Shown: piece after piece, positions 1 to 10,407 of the stretch | Numbering within the stretch: position 1 is the first letter of the stretch | How the letters are laid out: every line of letters begins with the position of its first letter | DNA from: an uncultured Acidobacteriota bacterium | GTDB taxonomy: Bacteria; Acidobacteriota; Blastocatellia; RBC074 | Reading direction: 5' to 3' | Assembly: GCA_963796275.1 (NCBI GenBank) | Contig: CAWCKY010000007.1 | Coordinates: forward strand, 800,001-864,000 | Length of the DNA stretch: 64,000 bases | Program-made: the position numbers and the translations under genes | The notes under the pieces: generated by a model | The model's input: only the letters and a program-made list of their open reading frames with translations | The model's database searches: none | Told to the model about the DNA's origin: nothing

Positions 1-786
1 ACCTTGAAATTTGGCGAGCCGCAGCAATCTGAAATAAGCGTTCCAATCAACCATACCTTCACCTAGAGGGCAGTTGACTTGCTGCCAGCCTCTGCTCGTC
101 TTATTCCAGTAGAAATCTTTGACTGCGATCATCTTGACCCGCGGCGCGATGAGATTGAATGCGATCTTCCACCCCGCTGAACCGCCTTCACAGACGGCGT
201 GCCGCACGTCGAAATAATAGCCGGCCCATTTCGGTTCGAGCTGATCAATTGTATCAGCTACGTCCCAGAGTGACGCGCCGACGTAAGCCTCGTGATTGTG
301 AAATCCGACTTGTATACCAAGCTGCTTGCTCAAATCAGACAGTGTGCGGAAATCTTTCATCGCCTTATCGAGTTCACGCCGCACATCTATAAATGAGTAT
401 TTGTAATACCCCGGTTTGAAGTAGGGGATCGAAAGGCGGGCGGCAGTGGAGAGTATCGCCATGGCCGCCGGATCGGATGCTGATGTCAAAGCCGTCGTGA
501 TCATCGGCACATTCAGCCCCGCCGCGCGGATAGCTGCGACAGCCTTCGGTAAATCTTCCCCCGCGCGTTCCGGCAGGACATGTCCTCCCGGTCGCACGGT
601 CAGATCGACGCCTCCAAACCCGAGTTTTTTCACGGTCTCCGCCAGTCTGGCCGCATCCATTTTCGGTAAATGTTTTGAGAAGAAGCAAATATCGCCCGTG
701 AAGCTCTGCGGCTGCCCCGCATCCTGGAAAACCGATGCGGCAGCGAAAGTGGAAGCGAATTTGAGAAAGTCGCGTCTGGTATTCAA
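1..786 (-). CDS. Sugar phosphate isomerase/epimerase (xylose-isomerase-like TIM barrel) with Tat signal; runs off the left edge
   Basis: Not in the ORF track because there is no stop in the window. Manual translation from TTG at 786 (RBS AGGAGA at 791-796) gives MNTRRDFLKF...FFSKHL...GFGGVDLTVRPGGHV...FHNH...YFDVRHAVCEGG...IAVKDF. Confidence 0.85.
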   Translation of the reverse strand, partial: MNTRRDFLKFASTFAAASVFQDAGQPQSFTGDICFFSKHLPKMDAARLAETVKKLGFGGVDLTVRPGGHVLPERAGEDLPKAVAAIRAAGLNVPMITTALTSASDPAAMAILSTAARLSIPYFKPGYYKYSFIDVRRELDKAMKDFRTLSDLSKQLGIQVGFHNHEAYVGASLWDVADTIDQLEPKWAGYYFDVRHAVCEGGSAGWKIAFNLIAPRVKMIAVKDFYWNKTSRGWQQVNCPLGEGMVDWNAYFRLLRLAKFQG

Positions 787-912
787 GGTGTCTCCTATAG
801 TACGTCACGTTTCATAGCGGAAAGAGACGAGATGGGCAAGAGGTTGGCCGTTTTGTTCCGCCTGCCCATCTTGACTCTGCCCCTGCTCTTGGCCCTTTTT
901 GTTATCTTGTAC

Positions 913-2262
913 TCAAACCGAAGATGGAAATTTATACGGCGCGCGATATTGATAGCTCAAAAGCTTATTCGCCGCCGTGTTGTTGGTAAACTTCTCGGAT
1001 TTGCCATCCCACTCGAGATAGGCTTTGAGTTTATAAGCGATATTGCCGAGCAGCGGGCCAGTGGTGCTTCTATGCCCCGTCTCAATGTCGCAGTTGGTTT
1101 CCCCGCGGCTACGAATGCAATCGAGAAAGTTCTTCGCATGGTCTGCGGTGTCTGAGCGCCCGTCGGACTTGCTACCCTCGATCATCGGTTTTGAGCCTCT
1201 GCGCCAGTTGTCGTGCGATCGGTCAAGCGGCGTGCGAGCGAAGAACTCATTGGGCGAGATGTTATCGGGAACGACCAGGTAGCCATTGCTTTTCAAATAT
1301 AGAGTCGCTTTTGTTCCGCGGAATTCGATCTCTCCGTTATTCAAACCGGCGGGCGGGGCGGTAGCGTTGAACTGTGAGAATGTAACCAGGGTCCCGCCTG
1401 GATAGGTCCAGAGCACTTCCAGGGTATCCGGTATCTCGCGATCATCTTCGATCGCATAATTGCCCCCCATCGCTGTGACCGCCGTTGGCGAGTCCTGACC
1501 GAGCGCCCATTGAATAAGGTCCATGTAATGTACGCCGAAATTCGTGAGCTGCCCGCCCGAATAATCCCAGAACCAGCGGAAGCGGTAGAAAGTTCGGTTT
1601 TTGTTGTACGACTTAGCCGGCGCAGGTCCGAGCCACACATCCCAGTCGAAATCCGCCGGCGGCTTCTCATTCTTCGGTTTGCCTATGCCATGCGGCCATT
1701 CGTTTTGAATATGAAATGCACGGACCGTCGTGATTTTACCGAGCTGTCCGCTGCGTACGATTTCGGCTGCCTCGCGGCAAAATATCGACGAGCGTCTGTT
1801 CAAACCGACCTGAGTTACGCGTTTATATTTGCGCGCAGCATCTATCATCTTGCGCCCTTCTGCGACGCAGAGAGAGAGCGGTTTTTCGATGTAAACATCT
1901 TTTTCCGCCTGGCAGGCATGAATAGTCTGCAATGCGTGCCAGTGATCGGGCGTGTTGATGACTACCGCATCGACATCTTTCAGATCGAGCAGTCTGCGAT
2001 AGTCTTTGAATTGCTTGGGGCTCGAGCCGATCTTTTTTGCTGCGAAATCTAGATATGGCTGATAGATATCGCAGATGGAGACCACTTCACAGTCTTTGTG
2101 TGTGAGAAATCCATCGAGCACTTGGTCGCCGCGGTTGCCGAGCGCAATGAAACCGACTCTGATCCGATCGTTCGCTCCGTGAATGTGGGAATAGCTCAGA
2201 GCTGAAGTGATGCCGGCAGTCGCAGCAGTCTTGGTAAAATCTCTTCGCGTTATTTTATTCAT
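913..2262 (-). CDS. Gfo/Idh/MocA family oxidoreductase with Tat signal
   Basis: TRRDF twin-arginine motif, Rossmann [26 protein letters not shown]. Confidence 0.9.
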   Translation of the reverse strand: MNKITRRDFTKTAATAGITSALSYSHIHGANDRIRVGFIALGNRGDQVLDGFLTHKDCEVVSICDIYQPYLDFAAKKIGSSPKQFKDYRRLLDLKDVDAVVINTPDHWHALQTIHACQAEKDVYIEKPLSLCVAEGRKMIDAARKYKRVTQVGLNRRSSIFCREAAEIVRSGQLGKITTVRAFHIQNEWPHGIGKPKNEKPPADFDWDVWLGPAPAKSYNKNRTFYRFRWFWDYSGGQLTNFGVHYMDLIQWALGQDSPTAVTAMGGNYAIEDDREIPDTLEVLWTYPGGTLVTFSQFNATAPPAGLNNGEIEFRGTKATLYLKSNGYLVVPDNISPNEFFARTPLDRSHDNWRRGSKPMIEGSKSDGRSDTADHAKNFLDCIRSRGETNCDIETGHRSTTGPLLGNIAYKLKAYLEWDGKSEKFTNNTAANKLLSYQYRAPYKFPSSV

Positions 2263-2309
2263 GAGTTAACCCCCTTGTGCGGAAAGTATAGGACAAACCG
2301 CCCGAAAAG

Positions 2310-2338
2310 TTGACTGAGCCCCGACGACTCACTAGGAT
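2310..2338 (+). promoter_or_regulatory. Sigma70-type promoter, probably giving a leaderless GNAT mRNA
   Basis: TTGACT-N17-TAGGAT. The ATG at 2345 lies 7 nt after the -10 and there is no Shine-Dalgarno. Confidence 0.55.
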
Positions 2339-2344
2339 TGATCT

Positions 2345-3181
2345 ATGATGGATAGCGATCGAACAACCATCGTAATCAGAGACCTGTTACTAACCGAAGA
2401 GATTTATCAGGTAGAAGAGCTGCAGAGGGAAGTTTGGGGAATAAGCGATCGCGACGTCACTCCGCTGACCCAACTTGTCGCAGCCCGAGAGGTCGGAGGC
2501 ATGCTCATCGGGGCATTCGATGGCGCCATGCTGGCAGGATTTGCCTACGGATTCACCGGTTATGAGGAGGGCGAAGTGACGATTCATTCGCATATGCTCG
2601 CCGTGAAGCCGGCCTATCGCAATCGAAATTTGGGTTACCGATTAAAGCTGGCGCAGCGTGAGCAGGCGTTGAGACGTGACATCAAGCGGATGACCTGGAC
2701 CTTCGACCCGCTTCAGAGCCTCAATGCGCATTTCAATATCAGCAAACTCGGCGCGGTGTCTAACCGGTATAAGATCAACTTTTACGGTGAAACGACCTCG
2801 AGTTTCTTACATCGCACCGGAACCGACCGCCTCTGGATTAATTGGCTGCTCGATAGCAGGCGCGTTCGTGATCGGATTGAAGGTTTGTCGAAAAACGAAG
2901 CGATTGAGATCGATAAAGATACGACATTTGTTCGAGTAGCATCAGACGGCTGGCCACGAATTAATGGCGCCAACGAATCGCTTGGACAGATGCGAGTCGT
3001 TATTGAGATACCATGGAGCATCGACACATTACAGCAATCGAAGCCGGACTTGGCGGCGAGATGGCGTGAAACAACGCGGCAGGCATTCAGTGAAGCTCTG
3101 GCAGCGGGGTTCGCGGTCGAGGAGTTTCATCGTACGGTCCGTGGAGGCCAGCAATTGGGAGCTTATCTGCTGAGAAGATAG
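2345..3181 (+). CDS. GNAT family acyltransferase (COG3375-like)
   Basis: LQREVWG, HSHMLAVKPAYRNRNLGYRLKLAQR, WTFDPLQSLNAHFN, TDRL. Confidence 0.85.
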   Translation: MMDSDRTTIVIRDLLLTEEIYQVEELQREVWGISDRDVTPLTQLVAAREVGGMLIGAFDGAMLAGFAYGFTGYEEGEVTIHSHMLAVKPAYRNRNLGYRLKLAQREQALRRDIKRMTWTFDPLQSLNAHFNISKLGAVSNRYKINFYGETTSSFLHRTGTDRLWINWLLDSRRVRDRIEGLSKNEAIEIDKDTTFVRVASDGWPRINGANESLGQMRVVIEIPWSIDTLQQSKPDLAARWRETTRQAFSEALAAGFAVEEFHRTVRGGQQLGAYLLRR

Positions 3182-3206
3182 ATTCTCTTTTGTTTCCCGC
3201 AATCTG

Positions 3207-3408
3207 AACGGAAACTTGTTCGCAGTTCCCGCCTTCCGGCGGTCGGGAAACTACGAGAGAAAAAGACCGCGTAAACGCGGAACTCCAAACGGAACATGTT
3301 CGGAGTTTCGCCTTCAGGCGGTCGGGAATCATGCGAAAGAAAAAGAACCGCGTAAACGCGGAACTCCAAACGGAACATGTTGCATAAACGCAGAACTCCG
3401 AACGGAAG
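3207..3408. repeat. REP/BIME-like cluster of alternating palindromic units
   Basis: CCGCGTAAACGCGGAACTCCAAAC at 3267 and 3348, inverted relatives at 3218 and 3298 (GTTCGGAGTTTCGCCTTCAGGCGG), degenerate copy near 3382. Period about 81 bp, between convergent genes. Confidence 0.8.
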
Positions 3409-3435
3409 ATGTATGGCGAGTTGAGTGTTAATTGT

Positions 3436-4386
3436 TCAAATGTCGCCACTTGACAGAAAAAACTCAGTTTTTAGGTGGTAAACTCCGTTCGACGGCGAAA
3501 TAGCATAGCCTTCAGCCACAAGCGCTCGGTTGCCGATCCCGGCCTCCGGTCTTGATAAACCCGTCACTTTAGCCAATTCACCTGGCAAGGTCATCCCGGC
3601 GCCGTCCAAAAATGCTCTCGCGAGCTCCCGCAGCGCAGACGTGCGATCGAACTTCTGCGAGAGTTCTTCGGGAAACCTGGCTTCTGCGAGAGTCCAGATA
3701 TATGTAAATTTCGGCATGTAAACGGCTTCGGCAGGGATTACTATCATCGCTTCCTGTAATTCATCGATGGCCTTGGTGAACGTCTTACGGTCTTTCACGC
3801 CCGATTCCTCCCGCAGGTCGGAGGACGCCATCTCCCACTCTTTACGGAGCGCCTTCAAAATGGCAAGAGCCGGCGCGCTCAATTCTCTCTTTTCCTGCTG
3901 TTTCGAAATACCAAAGAGCGCATGGAAGATGGGAATCAATCGCGGCGCAATAAACATCGTTTTTCCGCGCCTGAGTTTCCCGTAATAAATTTTACCCCGT
4001 CGTAGTATCTCGTCTTTTAACACCCATGTACGCGAGCTCTCAGGATCTTTCTGAACATTGTGCGGCATGACCGCATCGCGCCGGCCGCAGACGGCGATGT
4101 AGAGTGAGGGGCCGGGTTGCCGCGAGTCGGTTAAGCAGGCAGTAAATCCTACTCGCTCGATGAACCGTTCGGCTTCGAGAGCCGTCTCGATCCTTGAGGT
4201 ACCCTCGCGATGCCATCGCAGATCACGGTGCTCATCGATTTCAGGCGGCAAGGTTTGTAGCATCGCTGAACGCATCGCCGAACGGTAGCGCAATTTGCGA
4301 AAATGCGCTACATTTCGCCGGCCATCGATTTTGAAAATAGTCGCCAGTTTTTGCACGCTGTTTTCGCCCGCTTTTATCAATCGCAT
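3436..4386 (-). CDS. Hypothetical protein, possibly AlkZ/YcaQ-related winged-helix protein (true start probably near 4263)
   Basis: Long ORF with FIERVGF...[10 protein letters not shown]-x-LKDE, IYYGKL and HTH-like segments. Family call is by resemblance only. Confidence 0.55.
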   Translation of the reverse strand: MRLIKAGENSVQKLATIFKIDGRRNVAHFRKLRYRSAMRSAMLQTLPPEIDEHRDLRWHREGTSRIETALEAERFIERVGFTACLTDSRQPGPSLYIAVCGRRDAVMPHNVQKDPESSRTWVLKDEILRRGKIYYGKLRRGKTMFIAPRLIPIFHALFGISKQQEKRELSAPALAILKALRKEWEMASSDLREESGVKDRKTFTKAIDELQEAMIVIPAEAVYMPKFTYIWTLAEARFPEELSQKFDRTSALRELARAFLDGAGMTLPGELAKVTGLSRPEAGIGNRALVAEGYAISPSNGVYHLKTEFFLSSGDI

Positions 4387-4447
4387 AACGGAACTCTACA
4401 CTCGCGGTCTCTACCTCCAAGCATATAATACCGCGGTTGTTTACCAT

Positions 4448-6184
4448 TTATTCGACTTTATTCGTCGCCATCCGCTTGATAATAAACAGTGTGATATCGT
4501 CGTACTGCGGCGCCGATCCGGCGAATCGATCGATCTCGTCATAGACTATGTTCACGATCATTTCTGACGGTTGATTGGCGATGGGGCGCAAAATCGCCGC
4601 CAGCCGCGCCTCGCCGAATTCGTTCTCGTCTTCGTTCTGCGCCTCGGTCACACCGTCGGAGAAGAGAGAGATCAGATCGCCAGGGTTAAGCTCGAAACTC
4701 TGTTCTTCATAAGGTGCATTCATATCGAGCAGATCAGGAGGGATTAACCCGAATGGGGTCCCGGTCGATTTGAGCCACTCAGCTTCACCGTCTGAGCGCA
4801 ACAACAAGCAATCGGTGTGACCTGCGCTGACATAGCGGCCCGTCCCGGTCGCCGGATCGAGTTCGAGCAGGATCGCAGTAACGTATTTGTTCGATGGAGT
4901 AGTTGCGTAGAGCAGTGCATTGGTGTGAGCCGCCAGCTCGGTGAGCGATGGTATTCGCCCCAATAACGCGCGCAGCGTCGCCTGCATATTGCTCATCAAT
5001 AAGGAAGCGGGCAGCCCTTTCCCGGAGACATCGGCAACGCAGATGAGATGCACGCTCTGCCCGAGATGAGACGTGGCTGCCAGTGCATCATAGTAGTCTC
5101 CTCCGCAAACGCGCGCGGGACGATTGCGCGCCGCCATATCGTAATTGGGAACCCGAGGTAAATGGGCAGGGAAGAGGTTCTGCTGAATCGTGGCTGCGAG
5201 CGCCAGTTCCTGCTCGACCTTTCTGCGGTCGATAGCTTCCCGGAAATACCAGGAATTTTCAAAAGCTACCGCCGCCTGTGTGACCAACCCGATACCGAAC
5301 TCCAGGTCTGACTCGCTGTATGCAAGCGATCCGGGCCTGGGTCCTAGTACGACAATGCCGCCGGTCGTCTCATCGCCGGCATTTATCTGAAAGATCACTT
5401 CTGCTTGCTCTGCCATCAAAACCTCACGGAGTTCGCTCTCCGGGAGATCAGCGACTTTCATCGCATCGGGAAAGTTGTTCAACTGGGATCTATAAATTTT
5501 GTGATCGAGATTGATCTCTATGCCTTTTCGCCGAGTTACCGTTGGATGTCCATCCTTCCAGGCGACGAGCGCATATCTCCGGATCGCCCACCGCCCGGCG
5601 AGCGTGAGCATCAGCAGCTGAGCGACTTCGTCTGGTTCGAGCGTGGATGTCAGGCCTCTACCCAGGTCGAGCAGGGTTTTCAATTCCTGCACCTTTTGAT
5701 CGAGCGCCTGGTTGAGCTCATTAGCCGCGGCGTGGGCGCGAGCATTGGCGATGCCGCTCGCGGCGATCCCCAACTGCGCTCGTAGAAAATCGCACTCTTC
5801 CTGTCCGATCTCTTTTTTCAGCGGCCGGTTGATGGCGAGCAGACCGACCGGGCTGTTTACCTCACCAATATGCATGATCACATCGATCCCATGAGCGCGC
5901 GCTTTCGTTTCATCGAAGACCTCTCCGCCGGCGAATTTAGGCAAGCCGCGTACCAGCTCTATTCGCATTACTCCGTCTTTGGCTACCGCAATCAATCCTT
6001 TGCTCGCCAGCAGGCGTCCCATTACGGAGCGTAGCAGATGGCGCAGGAGCCCATCGAGATCGAGCGATGAGTGGAGCAGTTGAGCGGATTCGAGTAATGC
6101 TTCAAGCCGGGATTCGCCGAGAGATGATGTCATAAGTGGCTGTGCGTTATTAGAGGTGATGAAGCGGAAAGAGAAGTGGCTCAA
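4448..6184 (-). CDS. GAF-containing PP2C/SpoIIE phosphatase (RsbU-like)
   Basis: [25 protein letters not shown] motifs with GAF-like N-terminal regions. Confidence 0.9.
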   Translation of the reverse strand: MSHFSFRFITSNNAQPLMTSSLGESRLEALLESAQLLHSSLDLDGLLRHLLRSVMGRLLASKGLIAVAKDGVMRIELVRGLPKFAGGEVFDETKARAHGIDVIMHIGEVNSPVGLLAINRPLKKEIGQEECDFLRAQLGIAASGIANARAHAAANELNQALDQKVQELKTLLDLGRGLTSTLEPDEVAQLLMLTLAGRWAIRRYALVAWKDGHPTVTRRKGIEINLDHKIYRSQLNNFPDAMKVADLPESELREVLMAEQAEVIFQINAGDETTGGIVVLGPRPGSLAYSESDLEFGIGLVTQAAVAFENSWYFREAIDRRKVEQELALAATIQQNLFPAHLPRVPNYDMAARNRPARVCGGDYYDALAATSHLGQSVHLICVADVSGKGLPASLLMSNMQATLRALLGRIPSLTELAAHTNALLYATTPSNKYVTAILLELDPATGTGRYVSAGHTDCLLLRSDGEAEWLKSTGTPFGLIPPDLLDMNAPYEEQSFELNPGDLISLFSDGVTEAQNEDENEFGEARLAAILRPIANQPSEMIVNIVYDEIDRFAGSAPQYDDITLFIIKRMATNKVE

Positions 6185-6226
6185 TGTCCATTGCTTTCTA
6201 GTTCACTGATCTTCATCAGCCATCGG

Positions 6227-6661
6227 TTATTCTTTTCGTATCTTTTTGGTCATATGTAGTTCGTTTTTTTGACCCGGGACGATCTCGTAACTCACATCGT
6301 CCATCAATGACTTGATCAGTCGAAACCCCAGGCCGCCGGATTTGCGCTTCGCGACGAGTTGTTCCACTGTATCAACGTCGACTTTCGCCGGATCGAAGCC
6401 GCGGCCTGAATCAATGACCGAAATGCGCACTTCATCTTCATCGAAGACCGCACGGACGTCTACCTCTTTACTGATATCGTGACCGTAAGCATGTTCGATA
6501 ACATTGGCGCATGCTTCATCGACGGCCAGCTCAAGTTTCGCAACATCTTCATCGCTCATTTTTGCCTGTTTGCCGACGGTCGTGACAAACTCCCGGATGA
6601 GCGCGAGATTCTCGGTCGATGAGGGAACCTGCAGTTTGAATTTTCTTTCGATGGGAGCCAT
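6227..6661 (-). CDS. rsbW: Anti-sigma factor / Ser kinase (RsbW-like HATPase)
   Basis: [33 protein letters not shown] at 6661 has an RBS GGAGGG. Confidence 0.85.
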   Translation of the reverse strand: MAPIERKFKLQVPSSTENLALIREFVTTVGKQAKMSDEDVAKLELAVDEACANVIEHAYGHDISKEVDVRAVFDEDEVRISVIDSGRGFDPAKVDVDTVEQLVAKRKSGGLGFRLIKSLMDDVSYEIVPGQKNELHMTKKIRKE

Positions 6662-6698
6662 CCGATGCCCTCCGAAGGATGAACAGACCGGTGAGAAG

Positions 6699-7052
6699 TT
6701 AACTCGCTGAGAACCGGGCGACAGCTGCCGGTTGATCTTCGAGCATTTCGAAGAGATCTTGAAAACCCAGAATCTCGAATGTATGTTTGACCTTCGGCGC
6801 GAGTCCGCAAATCTTGATGTCGCCACCTCGCTCGCGAACCTCCTCGATGAAACTCATAAATACACCTAGACCAGCCGAAGAGATGTAAGTCAACTTTTCG
6901 CAATTTACGATGAGATGGTGACGGCCAGCCTCTATCTCGGCTTGAATTGCGTTTTCAAACTGCGGTGCTGTGTGAGCGTCGACGAAGCCCTCGAGGATAA
7001 TGATCGACAGACGGGCATCGTTGGTCGTTTGTATGGAAAATGGATTTGCCAC
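6699..7052 (-). CDS. rsbV: Anti-anti-sigma factor, STAS domain (RsbV-like)
   Basis: [13 protein letters not shown] and YISSAGLG phosphoacceptor motif, 117 aa. Confidence 0.9.
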   Translation of the reverse strand: MANPFSIQTTNDARLSIIILEGFVDAHTAPQFENAIQAEIEAGRHHLIVNCEKLTYISSAGLGVFMSFIEEVRERGGDIKICGLAPKVKHTFEILGFQDLFEMLEDQPAAVARFSAS

Positions 7053-7165
7053 GCGGAAATTCTCCTTGAAAGCGTTGTTATATTAGCCATAATCATTTGA
7101 CCACGCAACGGAATGCCGTATGCACGGGCCCGAGTTTAGCGATAATACGGGACCGGTAAAATAGC

Positions 7166-9817
7166 TTGAAGAGAGAACTGACAGCCATGATAAGAATTCT
7201 CGGATCGATCGGCGGCACCATATTTTTCGCCGTGATGCTCACGCATGTCGGCTCAAACTTTTACGAAAACTTGGTGGAGCGGAAAGCCTATAGCCGGCGA
7301 GGGTGGGAAGCAACTCAAGTAAACGGTAAACCGACTATCTACACGGTCGATGCTGACGGACCGGCTGTGGCCTTACACAGCGGCGATGAAGTGGTCTCGC
7401 TCGCGGTCGAGCCGCAGAACGCTTGCCCCATATTGAATAGAAATGAGTGCACAGTACCGGCGGGTACGGGATATAAACTGGTCATTCGCCGAGACGGAGA
7501 GACGCTGGCGTTCGACCTCGCGACTGCGCCGGACCGGCTGAGCAGCCAGCTCATCGACTTCGCTGCTTATCTGCTCATCGCGACTTTCGTTATCACCGGA
7601 TTAACGATCCTTCTGCTAAAACCCGATGATAAACAAGTATGGTTATTGGCGCTGATGCTGGGCACTTTCACCGGGTTCTTCTCCTCGGGATCTCTGGCTT
7701 TTCTGCCCAATTGGGCGCAGTTTCTATCTCAACTGGCGCGTGGTTGCGCCAACGCGTTCTTTCCCTTGTTCCTGCATTTCTTCCTGATCTTTCCCCAAAG
7801 CGGGCCTTGGGTGCGTCGTTTCCCACGCCTAGTGTTCTGGCTTTACGTCCCATTTCTGATACTGATTTTACCGATCAACATCGTACAACGTCTGGGCGGT
7901 CAAAACTTGATCGCCGCCATCCCCGGGACCAAATTCATCAGCATATTCGCGGCGTTATTGATTATCACCTATCTGGTTTTAGGTCTGGCTGTTATGGCCG
8001 TGAACTATCGAGCCGCGGACTCGGTCAATAGACGCCGAACTCGCGTGATTCTGGTCGGATGCGGCACCGGGGTTCTGAGCTTTCTGCTCCTTATTGGCAG
8101 CCAGATGCTTGGGTTGAATCGTACATATCCCAAAGTTTTTGACCTCTTCATCTATGCAATGCTGGCAACCCTCCCATTGATCCCGCTTTCGATCGTATAC
8201 GCGATTATTCGCCATCAGGTGATCCCCATCAGCCTGCTTATGCGCCGCGGCGTGCGATACCTGCTAGTCTCACGCGGATCGATCCTGCTTGAGTTGATCG
8301 TCGTCATCGTCGCCGTCACCGCCGTGCTCACCTATATCTTCAGCCGGTCGAAGCCTTCGGGAATGGTCATCGGATTGGTCTCCGCCGGCGTCGGGGTATC
8401 CGCATGGAAAATTTCAGAAACCCTGCATGACAAATATCTCGCGCCGCTCATCGATCGCCGTTTCTTCCGCCAATCATACGATGCGCATCAGATCATCGCC
8501 GAACTGACGCATTCGCTGCGCACCGTCACCGAATTGCCGCAGCTTCTCGATCTGGTCGCGACAAAGATTCAATCCGCACTCCAGACAGAGCACGTGACGA
8601 TCTTTCTGAGGGATACTGTAACGGGAAACTTCAACAGCGCTTATTCAAACGATAACAGTGGATCCAGAATTGCCGCACCTCATCCCCAAGACGGTCACCT
8701 GGTCAGATATGCCCGGATGGTCGAACACCTCGACCATCTCGGTAAATTCATGAGCGGGTCAAAAATCTCCGAATATAGGAAACTTGAGTCTGATAACGGC
8801 CGCCCGGTAGAAATCGGGCACGATGATTTTTTTAGCGAATATGATGGTGCCGCTCTACTGATGCCGTTATTGTCGAAGGATGAGATGTTGGGGATCGTAT
8901 CCCTGGGGCCACGTTTGGGCGACCTGCCCTTTTCGCGCGAGGACAAGCAGCTATTGATGAGCGTCAGTGGTCCTACCACGCTCGCTATCGAGAATGCGCG
9001 ATTGGTCGAACAGATGGTCACCGAGGCTCGGCGTCTGCAGGAGATAGAGGTTGACCATCGTCGCAAGACGGAAGAGCTGGTCGTCGCCCGCCAGCTTCAG
9101 CTTTCGATGCTGCCCACGCGCAATATCATGCTCGGCAACATTGAGATCATCGGCCGGATGCGCACTGCGAGCGAGGTCGGCGGTGACTACTATGATTTCA
9201 TAGAAATGACGGAAGGCCGAATTTGCATCGCTGTAGGAGATGCCACCGGTCACGGGATGGCGGCAGGGCTGGTGGTTGGGATGGTAAAAATGGGATTGAT
9301 AAACGGACTGCCAAAGCTCAACGGTAGTATGAGCATCAAACCGCTGGTCGAGGATTTGAACCGCGCACTGAAACGCTCTCTTTCACGCCGCGGCATGGGA
9401 ATGTGCCTCGGCGCGGCAATCCTGGAAACTTCTACGCTAAAAGTGCAACTCTTCTCGAACGGAATGCCGGCGCCATACCACTACCGGTTTGCCGATCGCA
9501 ATCTGTTGCAGATCGCGACTCATGCGCCGCCCTTGGGATTTCTGCGTGAGGTCAGTGTGCGGCCGGTCGAGATACAAATGCAGTCGGGAGATGCGTTGCT
9601 CTGGTTGAGCGATGGATTCGAAGAGCGCTTGAATCGGGTGAACGAAGTTTGGGGGAGAGAACATGTTGCGCAGGCGCTGGAGCGCATTTGTGGTGATGAA
9701 TCGTCCGCTGACGTCATCGTCCTACGGATGCTCGAAGCCTGCGACCTGGCAGCTGAGGGCCGTAGCAATCACGACGACATGACGATCGTCGTCATCAAAG
9801 TTCGAGAATGCAATTAA
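7166..9817 (+). CDS. Membrane sensor phosphatase: PDZ-like domain, multi-TM region, GAF, PP2C/SpoIIE
   Basis: VDADGPA...LHSGDEVVSL (PDZ-like), multiple hydrophobic helices, EVGGDYYD, GDATGHG, SDG, DDMT. Confidence 0.88.
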   Translation: MKRELTAMIRILGSIGGTIFFAVMLTHVGSNFYENLVERKAYSRRGWEATQVNGKPTIYTVDADGPAVALHSGDEVVSLAVEPQNACPILNRNECTVPAGTGYKLVIRRDGETLAFDLATAPDRLSSQLIDFAAYLLIATFVITGLTILLLKPDDKQVWLLALMLGTFTGFFSSGSLAFLPNWAQFLSQLARGCANAFFPLFLHFFLIFPQSGPWVRRFPRLVFWLYVPFLILILPINIVQRLGGQNLIAAIPGTKFISIFAALLIITYLVLGLAVMAVNYRAADSVNRRRTRVILVGCGTGVLSFLLLIGSQMLGLNRTYPKVFDLFIYAMLATLPLIPLSIVYAIIRHQVIPISLLMRRGVRYLLVSRGSILLELIVVIVAVTAVLTYIFSRSKPSGMVIGLVSAGVGVSAWKISETLHDKYLAPLIDRRFFRQSYDAHQIIAELTHSLRTVTELPQLLDLVATKIQSALQTEHVTIFLRDTVTGNFNSAYSNDNSGSRIAAPHPQDGHLVRYARMVEHLDHLGKFMSGSKISEYRKLESDNGRPVEIGHDDFFSEYDGAALLMPLLSKDEMLGIVSLGPRLGDLPFSREDKQLLMSVSGPTTLAIENARLVEQMVTEARRLQEIEVDHRRKTEELVVARQLQLSMLPTRNIMLGNIEIIGRMRTASEVGGDYYDFIEMTEGRICIAVGDATGHGMAAGLVVGMVKMGLINGLPKLNGSMSIKPLVEDLNRALKRSLSRRGMGMCLGAAILETSTLKVQLFSNGMPAPYHYRFADRNLLQIATHAPPLGFLREVSVRPVEIQMQSGDALLWLSDGFEERLNRVNEVWGREHVAQALERICGDESSADVIVLRMLEACDLAAEGRSNHDDMTIVVIKVRECN

Positions 9818-9882
9818 CTAGAAAAAGATTGGAAGATTCATCGCTGCCTTCTGGTATACTGAAATAGCCCGACGAAAGGTCA

Positions 9883-9999
9883 ACGACTGACGACTGACGA
9901 CTGACGAACTGATTTAAGGCGGCCCCTCCGGCGCACGCTACGATAGAAGCCAATATCGCTGCCGCCATACTTCCACGAAAGCCGGTCACGAAAGCCGGT
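9883..9999. repeat. Short tandem repeats: heptamer ACGACTG x3 plus a degenerate copy, and 13-mer CACGAAAGCCGGT x2
   Basis: Read directly at 9883-9911 and 9974-9999. Confidence 0.85.
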
Positions 10000-10407
10000 A
10001 ATGATAAGAGATATACTTCCTCCTTAAAATAAACCGAAAAATTTGGAAGATATATCGGACGATATAAAACGATATCGAGATAGCAGATATATATATATAT
10101 AGAAGATATACAAGCATAAAAAGCGATATCGTCTGAATATCATCCTCCGCAGGCAGTTCGCTCGTCGAACGCGGTTAGGTTTTATTCGGGAAAGGTGATG
10201 AAGAGGGAACTGGCGCCTCTTTGAAGAGTAAGGCTTCAGTCCAAAATGATCGATCAATGTGAATAATGATCGACCAACGTGGATTCTGTGATCTATCCTC
10301 CGGAATAGAACAATAGTGCGGTTCCTCGACGGGATGCCGCATCTCTCCTCGACTTCTACAATAAATCATCGCTGACCCGGCTGAATAATATTGTACATAT
10401 GTGACTG

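Noticed and set aside
374-817. ORF-track ORFs 374..808 and 446..817
   Set aside because: They are shadows of the real TIM-barrel gene (1..786, minus strand).
3207-3408. CRISPR array
   Set aside because: Units alternate in orientation, the intervening sequences resemble each other, and there are no cas genes.
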